DNA of 64,000 bases, from NCBI RefSeq assembly GCF_006345805.1, contig NC_043006.1, forward strand, positions 7,130,001 to 7,194,000. The letters are read 5' to 3'. Origin of the DNA: Octopus sinensis. Taxonomy: Eukaryota. Below, piece after piece: positions 25,346-38,739 of the stretch. The position numbers and the translations under genes were made by a program. Positions within the stretch are counted from its first letter, which is position 1; each line of letters starts with the position of its first letter. The notes beneath the pieces were generated by a model. The model saw nothing but the letters and a program-made list of their open reading frames with translations. It had not been told where the DNA came from and searched no databases.

Positions 25346-25699
25346 TGTACGGACAGTCAGTGTGATAATTTGAATGTTTCTGTGGCGTTATGCTGTAGTA
25401 TGTATCCATTTCATGACGAGGAAGAGGCCTTGAGAAAAGAAAATAATCAGAAACAGCATCTCGGGAAAACCACACGTAACAGCGTTTAAGCTCCCACTGA
25501 CTATATTCTTGAATGCTTTCACCAGATCTGTCTTGACACCACTTTCGACGTGCAGTTGAATGACTTCATCACCAACATACAGGAAGTTAAAACTAGGCGT
25601 GCTTTACTTGCATCGTCTTCATAAAGGATTAGGACTAAGCAAATCTAGGTAGGACAAATTTCAAGCATGCATAATTATTACCTGTCCGCATTTGCTTGT

Positions 25700-26030
25700 A
25701 TGACGATCTCTCTAGTGTTCAGCGTGACAGAAAGACACCGAGGATGACAGACGGATCCTCTCAAGTATTTCCAAGGTGTCTGTAAAATTGATAATGAAAG
25801 GTATTCTAAACTAAAATTTGATAATAGGTCTGAGAGTATTCATCCGAGAGTTTGTTTCTTCCCTCAGGAATACACGCAATGTTGGTCTTCGCGGCAACAG
25901 ACCATAGCTGAAGAGCTGAGAATTTCTCGCCAGCTGCTGAAAGGGCATGCATTACATTTACTGATTCCAACAATGAAAATGTAAACCTGAAATAGACGTG
26001 GACACGACTGGAAACTTCGTGTACGAATCA
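25700..26030 (+). mobile_element. Possible very old RTE-like RT relic
   Basis: Only faint frameshifted echoes of RT motifs (FA.D-IAEELR..QLL, GNFVY); not decisive. Confidence 0.25.
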
Positions 26031-26323
26031 AAGCCATGTTGGTAGTGTTGGTGGTGGTGGTGGTGGTGGTGGTGTTGATGATGATGATGCTGATGCAAAA
26101 AAAAAGGAAATAAAACAAAAGTTATTGCTAGGTTCTGCAAGATATTACTTGGTTTCGTTATCAGATATTAAGATTATCGCTTGACTAGACCTATTCTAAG
26201 TTATGGCTGTGCATGTTATACTTCTTTAAACAAAAACAAACAGTCTTTGTTAACAGCGACTAACCAAGAAGAAAAAAAAAACATTTTTGAATGAAGATGC
26301 AGTTACCATATGTGTTGTATAAC

Positions 26324-26410
<87 letters not shown>

Positions 26411-26526
26411 CATATATATATATATACATATATATGTACATATGTACATTTTTGAATGAAGATGCACTTATCATATGTGTGTGTATATGTGCTTGTAAAG
26501 ATATATATATATATATATATATATAC

Positions 26527-26622
<96 letters not shown>

Positions 26623-27192
26623 GTATGTACATATATATATTTGAATATGAAAGTATATATCTATAATGTACTTATACTCTCTCACACACACACATACACA
26701 CCTATGTATGTCTGAGTATGAATGAGTCTGTATAAACATACATACGTTTCATCTAAAAATGAATAGATTTAGGAGTGGATATTTAATGGCAATAGACATT
26801 TATATAAATAGATATGTGTGTGTTTGTGTGTGCGTTTGGCCGTGTGATGTGTGTATAGGTGTACGTGTGTGTGTGTATAACTGTGCAACAATGAGTTTGT
26901 ATGTGTGTGTGTTGTTATATATGTATATTTTTGAACCGGCTAAAATTAGCGTCTCGGACGTGTTTAAATCATACACTAACGTGGACATCCATATAAGTAT
27001 ACAGTATACGCACATATACACACGGGCAGTTATTCACAAATTTGGAATTTTTCGACCGTTTTAAATTTGTGTTACCTACAAGCGCCAGTGATATTCAGTA
27101 AAGATTGCTGGTTATCAAACAAATACATTTATATCAGTTGTTCTAACACCTAAAATGGTGCCGCTTGCTCATAAATATCGTTTGAAAATATA

Positions 27193-27235
<43 letters not shown>

Positions 27236-27288
27236 ATGTATGAGTGTGTATGTGTTTCTCTCTGCGTGTTCTGTCTAGTGACAGAAAA

Positions 27289-27683
27289 TCTTTATATATA
27301 AAAGTAAGGTTGTGTGCTGTCTGTCTCCTACGATTTAGATTCTTAACTACTCCCACATTTTGAGGTGCAGTGTAACCAAAAGCGGGTATCTTATAGTCGT
27401 GATTCATATCGAGCCCTTCTGCGTATTAGCACGCATCTAGGATGCGTCTACGATTTAAAAAAAATTACCATAACTTTTCCCATTTTTAATGCAATCTTTT
27501 CTATTATATAAGGGAAGTAACTCTCTAAAAATGTATTATTAAATCTCAGAACGTAAAAAACTACAGTAACCCCCTGCCTTTGTGGTTAGCCATATTAAGA
27601 TGGCTACTATACTTTACATCTCTAAAAATGCTTATATAGTTATTTCCCTTACAAACCCGAGCAACGCCGGGCGATACTGCTAG
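27289..27683 (+). mobile_element. Non-autonomous Helitron-like element
   Basis: A|TCTTTATATATA 5' end; 3' CCCGAGCAACGCCGGG hairpin then CTAG|T; no TSD. Same family as 38330, 44236 and 45145. Confidence 0.8.
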
Positions 27684-27769
27684 TAAGATATAAATAAACT
27701 ATATGCGTTCTTTTTTTATTATAGGCTTACCACCCTAACCCTAACAGGTATGTATTTGGGGTGTATATA

Positions 27770-27964
27770 ATCGCCATGATCGATCGTTAGCCACTACACA
27801 CATTTTTTTTCTCTCCTTGTTTTTTTCTGTGTCCCTTTCTGTAGAAGAGCGTAGGCTCGAAACGTAAAAGACTTTTTCTATTCCTGAGCGTTATACTAAT
27901 ACATCTGTTTGATTTGTACACCACCTGTCTTCGTCTTTTGGTTTTTTCGTAATCTCTCCCTATC

Positions 27965-27965
<1 letters not shown>
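27770..27965 (+). mobile_element. PLE-type short repeat with variant hammerhead-like motif, ending at (TA)n
   Basis: Matches 42700-42902 and the reverse complement of 14440-14625. Confidence 0.75.
27835..27870 (+). ncRNA. Hammerhead-like motif with non-canonical core (CUGUAGA)
   Basis: CTTT/AAAG stem I, CTGTAGA, GAGC-GTAG-GCTC stem II, GAAAC-GTA. Confidence 0.4.
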
Positions 27966-28009
<44 letters not shown>

Positions 28010-28639
28010 TAAGAAAAAAGTCGTTAGAATTTTGAAAAAAAATCCTTTTATTTCTTCATTATTATTAATGCTTTCGTTCCTTCCTTTCTAGAACTTGTCA
28101 AATAAAATTTTGTGAATATACAAACAGCTGGTTCATTTATATAAAAAAGTCGTTTTAGGGGTTTTGTTTAGAAGAGAACATTGTTTTTGTTTTTGTTTGT
28201 GGGGACGTGAGGTTCCATGACAATAGAGATGAATAGATAGAAATATAGGTAGGTAGAGAGGTTGTAGATAGATAGATACATAGACAAATGGGTAGAGGGA
28301 AAGAGAGAGAGAGAGAAGGGGTATCCACTTTGCTATTCACTATTCATCCATTTATTTATTTATTTCGTCTTTTACCAGTGTATTCGAATAGGTTTAAGAA
28401 TGGTGACCTCTTAAAAAAAAACAGGTGTTCTTTCGTCATCACTGAAAGTCATTTTGCTTTCTTCCTCTCTTCCCCACCCCTTTTTATCCTTATTTATTGA
28501 AGGTAAAGTGGAGAATTTGAATTCTTTATTCCAAATGTGGCTCATCTTTACATATGTTGAGATATATATATGTAGCATTGGGATGTTCTAGCTTTACGTA
28601 AATATATATGTATGTAAGTGTGTATAAATATGTGTATAT

Positions 28640-28863
28640 GTCAGGTCACTTTCCAGTGCTACTGGTAACATGTAACCCAGTACAAACTGTTGCATGGTCG
28701 GGCCGTCGGCGACTAAATCGGCAACCCCACCAAGCTTGCTTGCTGAGGATTGTGTCTATTGGACACCCTGTGGGATGAAAAAATGTTGATCCAGCGGATG
28801 AGTAAAAGTAATTAGCCGATCAACGACGGCTATTACTGCTAGCATATATATATGCATATATGC

Positions 28864-28913
<50 letters not shown>

Positions 28914-29025
28914 ATAAATCACCGTGATCACCGTGACCGACCAGGCTATCAGTTGTTGCTACAGAATCGCTGATCACAATGCGCTTCCCAGAGTTTTAGC
29001 CTTCAAATGACGCTAAGCGAGCAGG
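28640..29025 (+). repeat. Unclassified repeat fragments around a (TA)/(GA) microsatellite
   Basis: GC-richer blocks (GGTCGGGCCGTCGGCGACTAAATCGGCAACCCC; TCACCGTGATCACCGTGACCGACCAGGC) that look like retroelement UTR sequence; not assigned. Confidence 0.3.
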
Positions 29026-29061
<36 letters not shown>

Positions 29062-30350
29062 AACACTATCATGTTCTTAAGAATGAAATCAACCTCTCTG
29101 CCTATATATCTACCCTCTTTATAATGTTGGCAAATGAAATTGGGATAAGAATGTGCATTGTCCCTTTAATTGGAAAATTCTATATGTGGCTGAAGATTGC
29201 TCGACATTTTAAAACTGATTTAATACTTACAGTGCTTAATAAAATGAAGTAGCATGAAACAATTGTACTACTCTACCTTGGATATCCTTGTTGCTTATTT
29301 TGATTATATGTATGTGTGTGTGTGTGTGTGTGTGTATGTGTTTGTGTGTGTGTGTGTATATGTTGGTGTGTGTGTGTGTGAGTGTGTGTGTGTATACTGC
29401 TAAATCGATGGAATTGAAACAGTTACATTTTCCAGCTGTTTGTTCTCCCGCTTGTGGAGATTCGCTACAACTTAGAAGAGGAACCACACACACACACACA
29501 CACACACATAGACACACACACATCCATACACACACACACATATGCATGAGTTTGTGTGTGTGTGTGGGGGGGAGGTGAGTGCGTGTATGTAGTCAGGCAG
29601 GTAGCCAAGTTTGTTGAAATGTTCTGTAGTTGAATTACTCATCTTTTAGTTTTGTGAACCAACAATCCGTGAGCTTACTACTTACACTGGTTAATAACAC
29701 ATCATTTAAATAGTAAGTTCATGATAAGAGATACAGGTTATAATGGAATGAATGGGTATATTATATTGTATTCTTCGGTAGGTTGCAGGGTGCACACTGA
29801 TGTAGACAACGGTAGCTAGAATCGATAACATTTCTATGCAATACCATCGTCATTTGTGTAATTGATTTTGAGTTCTACATCTCTCAACCTATTCTAGCCA
29901 CAACACTGCAAGTTCAGTAATATCTCCTTACACATGAGATATAATTCTCAAAAGAAATGTATTCTCGAGTTACATGCTCTTGGTTGTATTCGAACTTATA
30001 AAATTAAATAATACGACGCAGTGAGATTGCGACAGAAGCAAAAACGTTTAAAATGTTATCATCGCTGTTATTCGGTAGAAGTTTGACATCTATTCGTCAT
30101 TACTATTTACTAACGAATAGTACCATTATTACTAGCTATAATGTGATACTACATTGAAGTTTGTTCCAGCAGTTACCCCAGAGACATGCTTAATGCCAGA
30201 ATGAAAAGCATTAAGGTACGATAAATGTGAACAATAGAGCATTATTTATTCACAAAATATCTATGTAAATGGGGCTTTCAGAAATAAATAACTGTTTCAC
30301 AGATGCACGCAAGAACATACAAGCAGGCAGGCACATATAGATAACAACTT

Positions 30351-30450
<100 letters not shown>

Positions 30451-30496
30451 TCATGTATGTATGCGTGTATATATCTGTACGCATGTTTGTATATAT

Positions 30497-30874
30497 ATTC
30501 TTTTCTACTCTAGGCACAAGGCCCGAAATTTTGGGGGAGGAGGCCAGTCAATTAGATCGACTCCAGTACGCAACTGGTATTTAATTTATGGACCCCGAAA
30601 GGATGAAGGGCAAAGTAGACCTCGGCGGAATTTGAATTCAGAAAGTAAAGACAGACGAGTACCTATTTCGTTACTATCCACAAGGGGCTAAACACAGAGA
30701 GGACAAAGAAGGACAGACAAAGGGATTAAGTCGATTACATCGACCCCAGTGCGTAACTGGTACTTATTTGATCGACCCCGAAAGGATGAAAGGCAAAGTC
30801 GACCTCGGCGTGATTTGAACTCAGAACATAACGGCAGACGAAATACCGCTACGCATTTCTATCAGCTTGCCGCC
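30497..30874 (-). mobile_element. Heterodimeric SINE (family A unit plus truncated unit with family B tail)
   Basis: Minus strand: A unit 30874-30663 ending GAAATAG, then GTACTCGTCTGTC... second unit ending GGCCTTGTGCCTAGAGTAGAAAAG. Confidence 0.85.
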
Positions 30875-31200
30875 TTATATTGATTGAATCATTGCGCCAA
30901 CATGTAACTACTTGCGACAATGTGGCCTTTAATCTAATCGAGATAGCATTGGTCTGAAGAGTAACTGGCGGTATAAAACTCAATTGACATTTACTACTTC
31001 TGAGGTGCCACTTGCTATGAAACATATGTAAGCTGCATTTCACAAACTCCATTCCGTGACTCTTGTATTCTTTTTCGCACAATCGGCAACCAAAACGGTA
31101 AAATTAATGAATGAGGGTGTAAAATAGCGCCTGAAATTGCCAGAAATATACCTTATTTCTTTAATTTACCTTTTTACATATCTTATTGTATACATATACT

Positions 31201-31201
<1 letters not shown>

Positions 31202-31268
<67 letters not shown>
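31202..31268. repeat. (GA)n microsatellite
   Basis: Directly visible. Confidence 0.95.
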
Positions 31269-31271
<3 letters not shown>

Positions 31272-32515
31272 TGGGAAAGAAACCTAATATTTTGCCTTGG
31301 CTAAATGAAATGAATTTCATTTCAAAAATCCTGTGATATTTGGTGTTAGCAGAAAATTGGAGAGATATGTTTGAATAGGAAGAGACACTTGCTACTGTGA
31401 CCACAAATTTATAATATCTATAACTTTTTAACTGCATGCTACTACCTCAATTTAATCAAGACCACCTTTCTAGGCTTTATTTTAGCCATCCTGTTTGGCT
31501 CTCCACGTAATCAAGTGTGCCTGTATACGGTCAATCCCTTGGCTAGCTAGAAACTGCAACCAAATCTCGCTCAAAACATAATATGTATATTTAAAGAGGA
31601 AAGCGTTAAATATCATGATGTAATGTAAATTATACCAAAACTTAAGTGATGGCCATAATTTGACCCTCTTTGATCATACGTCTAACCAAACACGAAAAAA
31701 CCTATGATTACACTAGAACAGATACCTATACCGAAACAGAATATTTACTTAGAACAGTGTGTAATTCTCAGACCCTTGTATTGCTCTTGATATGATTTAT
31801 AACACTGTGTTGGAATTTTGTTTAATACAGTTGGACTTCAACTACTCAGAAAGATGGTGTATCTTTTAAACATGTATATCTTACTTAAGTCAAATAATTG
31901 CATGACACATGCCTACCAGTGGAAGAGATAAGCAAACTCCCTAGTCTATACTAATTCAAGGGAATGGAGGATATTTTATTTTAGTGGTTGTTATATATTT
32001 TTTTTAATATTTCCCTTGCAAAGTGATTGGTTGTGCTACTATTTGTGGGAAGGACATTTTGTGCTAAATGTAGTTGCTTTTGTCACAGGCCACGTGTGAC
32101 CCAGGTTTTGTGGATAGAGAGATATGATAATGAGAGACAATCGTTATACTTTTCAAATATTACGTTCTATGAATGTGTATATAGTCTTGTCTTGTAAATA
32201 GCATATTTGTTAAGCAAGGGAAATACTCAATTTCAGTTTAGAATCGTAAAATCAGATGTCTGTTTTATCAAGAACGCAATAACGCCAAGAAAGCATTAAT
32301 GTTAATTCTCTCAAGCATATTCCAAATCTCAGGAAAGTAAGAGACGACAGAAACATTTTCTAATGACTTTATTTACTCTCATTTCAGCAAGCTGAATTAT
32401 TACTATTGTCTTCTGCATGGGCAAAAATCATCCTTGTTGAAGTATATTTCAATCTATTCTACCCACCCAATAGGAGGCCATCTAGGCAGGCTAAACTAAC
32501 TTTCAACTCACAGAG

Positions 32516-32898
32516 TGGAAGCACTCCGTCGGTTACGACGATGAGGGTTCCGGTTGATCCGAATCAACGGAACAGCCTGCTCGTGAAATTAACGTGTAAG
32601 TGGCTGAGCACTCCACAGACACGTGCACCCTTAACGTAGTTCTCGGGGATATTCAGCGTGACACAGAGAGTGACAAGGCCGGCCCTTTGAAATACCGGTA
32701 CAACAGAAACAGGAAGTAAGAGTGAGAGAAAGTTGTGGTGAAAGAGTACAGCAGGGATCACCACCATCCCCTGCTGGAGCCTCGTGGAGCTTTAGGTGTT
32801 TTCGCTCAATAAACACTCACAAAGCCCGGTCTGGGAATTGAAACCGCGATCTTATGACCGCAAGTCCGCTGCCCTAACCACTGGGCCATTGCGCCTCC
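32516..32898 (-). mobile_element. Family C SINE, full length, young
   Basis: Reverse complement of the family C unit. 10-bp TSD CTCACAGAGT at 32507-32516 and 32902-32911. Confidence 0.92.
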
Positions 32899-33929
32899 AC
32901 TCTCACAGAGTATTGTTTTAAGAAAAGATACGTTGGGCAATATAGACTACGGTACACAAGTATTCTAAAGAGAAAAGGTGTTCTAAGATTGAATATTATT
33001 TACCATAAATCTACTCAATCAGCATAACATTTTGGTATGAACGAAATATTTTACATTTGAAATTTAAATGTACATCAGGAAAACAATTTGAATAAGGGCA
33101 CTAATAACAGTCTTTGATGGAAATATGCGAGCAACTTAGCCTTATTTTTCTCTGCATCATAAAACTGAATCCTCTTCAATTCGATGCAGCAAGCAATATT
33201 TTTTCCCCGAAAGCTGGCAAATGGTCCACGGCAAATTCACAATGCCACTTCTATATGTTCCAATAATGTCTGCAAGAAAGTGAAAAACGAAGACAAATCC
33301 TTTCTATCTACGAAAAAAACAAATTTATATTTGTACGTAAGGAAGTAATTGACGTTTTCTGATTAAAAAAAAATATATATTTGAACTTGCAGAAGACTGC
33401 TGAAGTACCATATTGTTTAAATAAATGATTATATTGCATGGGAGATACTTAGTTACAGTGGAATTTCCAGGACAGCTGTCTTAATAAATCTGTGGACGTT
33501 TAAAATGGTCGAGATTTACTATCACAGATTCAGTAATTGCAATTTATAATATAAATCCATATCGAAATCTTTGTTGGACCGATGTAGAATGAATATATAT
33601 ATATTTTTTTAATAACGTACAAGCTGATCAGTTCATAAAATTCAATTTAATTCTGGTAGATTATGTTAACGTACGCCATCAGCTTGAATTGTAGGAATTC
33701 CTGAGTGGGAACTGACAAATATCATCTCCTTTCATATGGGAATTTCTCTTAGATGACTAATATTTGAAAGTAGACCACATGGAAACAATGATGGCAAACT
33801 TGCCGGTGAAGACATTACAATAACAATGACGAAGAGGCTGGGGAGGATGTGGAGGACGAAAAAAGTGGAGGACTTCGAGGAGGTGGATCATTATATGGAG
33901 GTGGATCATCAGCATGATCACAAGAATGA

Positions 33930-34046
33930 ATGATGATGATAATGATGTTGATGATGACGATGATGACGATGATGATGATGATGACGACGATGATGATGAC
34001 GACGAGGATGACGATGATGACGATGATGATGATGATGATGATGATA

Positions 34047-34091
<45 letters not shown>

Positions 34092-34157
34092 GTGAAGATG
34101 ATGATGATGATGATAATGATGATGATGATGAAGATGATGATGATGATGATGATGATA

Positions 34158-34200
<43 letters not shown>

Positions 34201-34265
34201 CGACGATGATGATGACGATGATGATGATGACGATGATGATGATGATCATGATGATGATCATGATG
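33930..34265. repeat. (GAT)n microsatellite with GAC/GAA/AAT variants
   Basis: Directly visible; gives the poly-D, poly-M and poly-I ORFs. Confidence 0.93.
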
Positions 34266-34673
34266 AGAATGAGGATAAACCTTACCGTGATGATTGTACA
34301 GTGATTAGAAAAGAACGACAACAATAAATATGAACAACTGCTGGATAAAGAAAGAACATTTCCTTATCCAGCAAAGAGTCTGGTTCTCACTTCCAACAAT
34401 GGTAATAATAACGAATGCTTCGAAGTGCAAAATCTCGTTACTTGAATTTTAGATATTTTACTAACTTCTTTCTATAATAACAATTGTATCTTTTCTAATT
34501 GATTGACCTCAATCTCACACTTTTTCTAACAATGGATCTGTGAAACTTTTAGGTCCCAGTCCGAAAAAAGATTGAAAATATTTATTATCTCAAATTCTAT
34601 ACAATCAATAATTTATCAATAATTTATTGAACCTATAGTTTTAACTTCGGCTCGCATCCTTTTTATGCAATTG

Positions 34674-35057
34674 TGGAAGCACTCCGTCGGTTACGACGAC
34701 GAGGGTTCCGGTTGATCTGAATCAACGGAACAGCCTGCTCGTGAAATTAACGTGTAAGTGGCTGAGCACTCCACAGACACGTGTACCCTTAACGTAGTTC
34801 TCGGGGATATTCAGCGTGACACAGAGAGTGACAAGGCCGGCCCTTTAAAATACAGGTACAACAGAAACAGGAAGTAAGAGTGAGAGAGAGTTGTGGTGAA
34901 AGAGTACAGTAGGGATCACCACCATCCTCTGCCGGAGCCTCGTGGAGCTTTTAGGTGTTTTCGCTCAATAAACACTCACAACGCCTGGTCTGGGAATCGA
35001 AACCGCGATCCTACGACCGCAAGTCCGCTGCCCTAACCACTGGGCCATTGCGCCTCC
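34674..35057 (-). mobile_element. Family C SINE, full length, young
   Basis: Near-identical to the 32516 copy. 11-bp TSD TTTATGCAATT at 34662-34672 and 35060-35070. Confidence 0.92.
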
Positions 35058-35639
35058 ACTTTATGCAATTAGGATTATCAGTGAAAAACTGTCTCAAAAG
35101 TTTTACTAATGATGAGAGTCCCTAAAGATCGTTTTTGTATTTGGTTTGCAAAATTCTTGATGTCAATTCGTGTGTTCAAACAAATTCTGCTGTGTTTTGG
35201 GAGAGTCACGATGCCAATGATAATAATACAAGCAGAGGTTCCCTTTTCAGTCGTTAGTGTTAGTCAATCGGTAAATATCTAACCAACTAACTGTTTGTTT
35301 AATGATGCTGATGTAGACAGTCAATAGGCTGTTTGTTAGAGTTCTTTCACCACTACATATAAATCTGATAATATTCATTCTTTGCTCCAGGCGATAAATG
35401 AACGGTAAATGCTTAAATATGCAGGGCAGCACTCGTTTTGAACTGAGTAGTTTAGAATAAAATCTTTAACTATATCTTTAAAGCGATGATAACATCAACG
35501 TGTCATATCAAATTTTGTTCGTGTACTTGCTTCACTGAGAAAGCATGAAGACAATAAATAATAGATGGTAGAATTAGTGAATAACAGAAGGCAAAAAATA
35601 AGAATCTGTTAAAGAATTTCATATGTAAATAGGCATTAA

Positions 35640-35825
35640 AACGGCGAACAGGCAGAATCTTTAGCACGACGGACAAAATGTTTAGCGGCATTTCGTATGT
35701 TTTTACGTTCTGAGTTCAAATTCCGCCGAGGTTGACTTTGCCTTTCATCTTTTTAGAGTCAATGAAATAAGTACCGGTTGAATACTGGAGTCGATGAAAT
35801 CAACTAGTCCCTCCCCTTAAATTAG
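35640..35825 (+). mobile_element. Family B SINE, diverged
   Basis: GTTCTGAGTTCAAATTCCGCCGAGGTTGACTTTGCCTTTCATC core. Confidence 0.75.
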
Positions 35826-36145
35826 TTACTAGTTTCGATCATTTACTGATTTTGCCCTATTACACCTTCTTTTTTGTGTTATTGTTTGTTTCAGTAGGTC
35901 GCTCATAACAACGGTATTTCCTGCAATGTCGTAATGATGTAATTTTTATCGTTTTAAATACTATTATGAGAGAGTCAACAATAAAATAATATCTGAGTAG
36001 TAGAAATATATATTTAATAAGAATCAAGATTAAATGAAGTGAAAAATGTCTATTAGAAAGCTGAGTATTAGAGGGTATATTGTGAAGGTTACATATTTAT
36101 GATTAAGCCGTACGTAATTACGAGTATTTAATATTTGCTATGTCT

Positions 36146-36350
36146 AAGGCGACGAACTGGCAGATTTGTAACAATGTCGGGCACGATGCTTAGCTGCTTG
36201 TCGTCCGTCCTTATACACTGAGTTCATATTCTGCTGAGGGCGACTATGCCTTCCGTTCTTTCAGGTTCGATGAAATAATTATCAGTTAAGTGCTACGTCG
36301 ATCTTGCCCATTTCCCCGAAGTTGCTGGCCTTGTATCAAAATTTGAAACC
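36146..36350 (+). mobile_element. Family B SINE, strongly diverged
   Basis: AAGGCGACGAACTGGCAG head and GCTGGCCTTGTATCAAAATTTGAAACC tail. Confidence 0.65.
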
Positions 36351-36455
36351 AATATTTGTTATGTCTTAGCAACGCAGCTAAAATCTATAGGAGCACTTTT
36401 TAAAGATTAACATATGAATCAAGAACCGGACAAATAGGCATAAACTGTACATCTA

Positions 36456-36621
36456 AGGAATGGCTGTGTGGTAAGTAGCTTGCTTACCAACCATATGGTT
36501 CCGGGTTCAGTCCCACTGCGTGGCACCTTGGGCAAGTATCTTCTGCTATAGCCTCGGGCCGACCAATGCCTTGTGAGTGGATTTGGTAGACGGAAACTGA
36601 AAGAAGTCTGTCGTATATATG

Positions 36622-36665
<44 letters not shown>

Positions 36666-36898
36666 TGTGTGTGTATGTGTTTGTGTGTCTGTGTTTGTCC
36701 CCCTATCATTGCTTGACAACCGATGCTGGTGTGTTTACGTCCCCGTCACTTAGCGGTTCGGCAAAAGAGACCGATAGAATAAGTACTGGGCTTACAAAGA
36801 ATAAGTCCCGGGGTCGATTTGCTCGACTAAAGGCGGTGCTCCAGCATGTCCGCAGTCAAATGACTGAAACAAGTAAAAGAGTAAAAGAGTAAAAGAGT
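36456..36898 (+). mobile_element. tRNA-headed SINE, family F, with internal (TA)/(TG) microsatellite
   Basis: GGCTGTGTGGTAAG head, GGGTTCAGTCCC B-box, (GTAAAAGA)x3 tail. Same family as 39962, 48254 and 61499. Confidence 0.9.
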
Positions 36899-37094
36899 AT
36901 ATAAAATATGCCGTCATGTGTGTGATATACATAATAGTTTTTGGTTTCAGTTTGAAACTAAAGAATATATCCAGTTCCGGCTTCAAAACATGTTATAGAG
37001 CATATTTAATTGATCGACAATAACAGACACAAACAACTTGTCACATGACCCAGTGTCAGGTACAAGTGTTGAACGTGATCGAAATAATTGTCTT

Positions 37095-37500
37095 TATCCT
37101 AAGTAGGTTCGTCGAGCTGGACGAACAAACATTTAGTAATGAGTGTAGAGGGTTTGTAGGACACAGCGTGAGACGACTGTTGTTATCGCTAGGCCTAACT
37201 CATCGTAAAGTCAATACCACCATGACTGATATCCAATCTACAGTGGAGAAGGCTAGCCACTGGATTTGGTTAAAAAGAGACGATGAGCGATGGCTAGAAG
37301 TATATTGAGTTCTTCATAACCAGCTGATCTAGCAAGCGGGGCCTCATATCAGTGAGGGGGGCCGGTGCGCATTGATGCCGTCGAGAGGTAGGCCCCGAAA
37401 CAGCGTGCATTCTCTCCTGATGACCCCATACACTTGCTAGCTTCCGATATACGGAGCTTTTAACTGATAGCACTTGCATGTGCAAGTTGGTGGCAAGACA
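37095..37500 (+). mobile_element. HERO-like (R2 superfamily, RLE) LINE 3' fragment
   Basis: ECRGFVGHSVRRLLLSLGL...VEKASHWIWLKRDDERW* resembles the CRGF / AS.W.WL.R C-terminus; followed by a GC-rich 3' UTR. Confidence 0.75.
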
Positions 37501-37862
37501 TCTAAAGGAGTATTCCCGTTATTGTACATTTAACAACAGGCAAGAAAATACAGGCACCGCAGCAGAAATTGCTTCACAACTATAAATCAATAGAACCTAA
37601 AAATTATTTCTTTCAAATATCCTAATACATTCAGATCAATGTAGGCCAAAATATTCTCCCTGCCTCTCCATCATTGTCACTTCATGAATATATAAAAGAA
37701 ATTAGTGACATGAATCTAGCTAGACAAAATCTCATCTTCAATATTCATTTTGAAAAACACATATATATTTCATACATTTATTAATACATACTGACATGAA
37801 CATAATTTGTACATATGTGTGTTGGTCTCTGTGTATATACGTGTGTGTGTATATTTGTGTCT

Positions 37863-38195
37863 AGGCGCGTGGCTTAATGGCTATGGTATTCGGCCCATGA
37901 TCGTAAGGTCATGAGTTCAATTCCCAACGACGCATTGTGGCCTTGAGCAAGACACTTTATTTCACGTGGCCCTAGTCCACTGAGCTGGCAGAAAATGAGT
38001 AGTAGGTGTCTTTCAAGGGGATCAGCCTTGTCATATTCTGTGTCACGCTGAATCTCCCTCAGAACTACCTTAAGGGTACACGTGCCCGTGGAGTTCTCAG
38101 CCACATGCACTTTAATTTCACGAGCAGGATGTTCCGCTGTCGGAGTCGCATCAGCTGGAATCTTCGTTGTCGCAAGCGACAGAGTGCCGGTATGC
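37863..38195 (+). mobile_element. Chimeric SINE: family D head/core with family C tail
   Basis: Head matches 10831; from ~38005 it matches the family C tail (GTCACGCTGAAT..AAGGGTACACGTG..TTAATTTCACGAGCAGG). Confidence 0.8.
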
Positions 38196-38329
38196 ATATA
38201 TATATATATATATATAACTTACAAAAACTTATTTTGTAAGCTATTTATAAATTTAACCATTAAAGGTATTTTTTGGTATGCTGGCCATTGATAAAATCTT
38301 TTTTTCGAAAAAAAATTTTTTATCCTACA

Positions 38330-38724
38330 CTAGCAGTATCGCCCGGCGTTGCTCGGGTTGTAAGGGAAATAACTATATAAGCATTTTTAGAGAGTTATAG
38401 CCAAAAAATAGCAAAAAAATGCATTAAAAATTGAAAAAAAATTAAGGTAAATTTTTTTTTAAATCGTTGACACATCGTAGATATTTTTAGAGAGTTATTT
38501 CCCTTATATAAAAGCGAAAAAAATGCATTAAAATGGAAAAATATGATGGTAATTTTTTTTTAAATCGTAGACTCATCGTAGACGCACGCTAATACCCAGA
38601 AGGGCTCGATATGAATCACGACTATAAGATACCCGCTTTTGGTTAAACTGCACCGCAAAATGTGGGAGTAGTTAGGAATCTAAATCGTAGGAGACAGACA
38701 CACAACTTCACTCTTATATAAAGA
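38330..38724 (-). mobile_element. Non-autonomous Helitron-like element
   Basis: A|CTAGCAGTATCGCCCGGCGTTGCTCGGG at the left end and TATATAAAGA|T at the right end. Confidence 0.8.
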
Positions 38725-38739
38725 TGCTTTTTTTTTTTC

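Noticed and set aside
27150-27407. Shared ORF MNHDYKIPAFGYTAPQNVGVV (also at 44124-44351) as a gene family
   Set aside because: It is the antisense reading of the Helitron-like repeat 5' region.
33914-34327. 137-aa poly-Asp ORF resembling acidic biomineral proteins
   Set aside because: No signal peptide or splice context; a (GAT)n tract is open in several frames on both strands, as expected for a microsatellite.
37380-37430. GAAAC...CTGATGA in the HERO-like 3' UTR as a type-II hammerhead
   Set aside because: Both would-be stem II strands are CCCC and cannot pair; no NUH-closing stem III.
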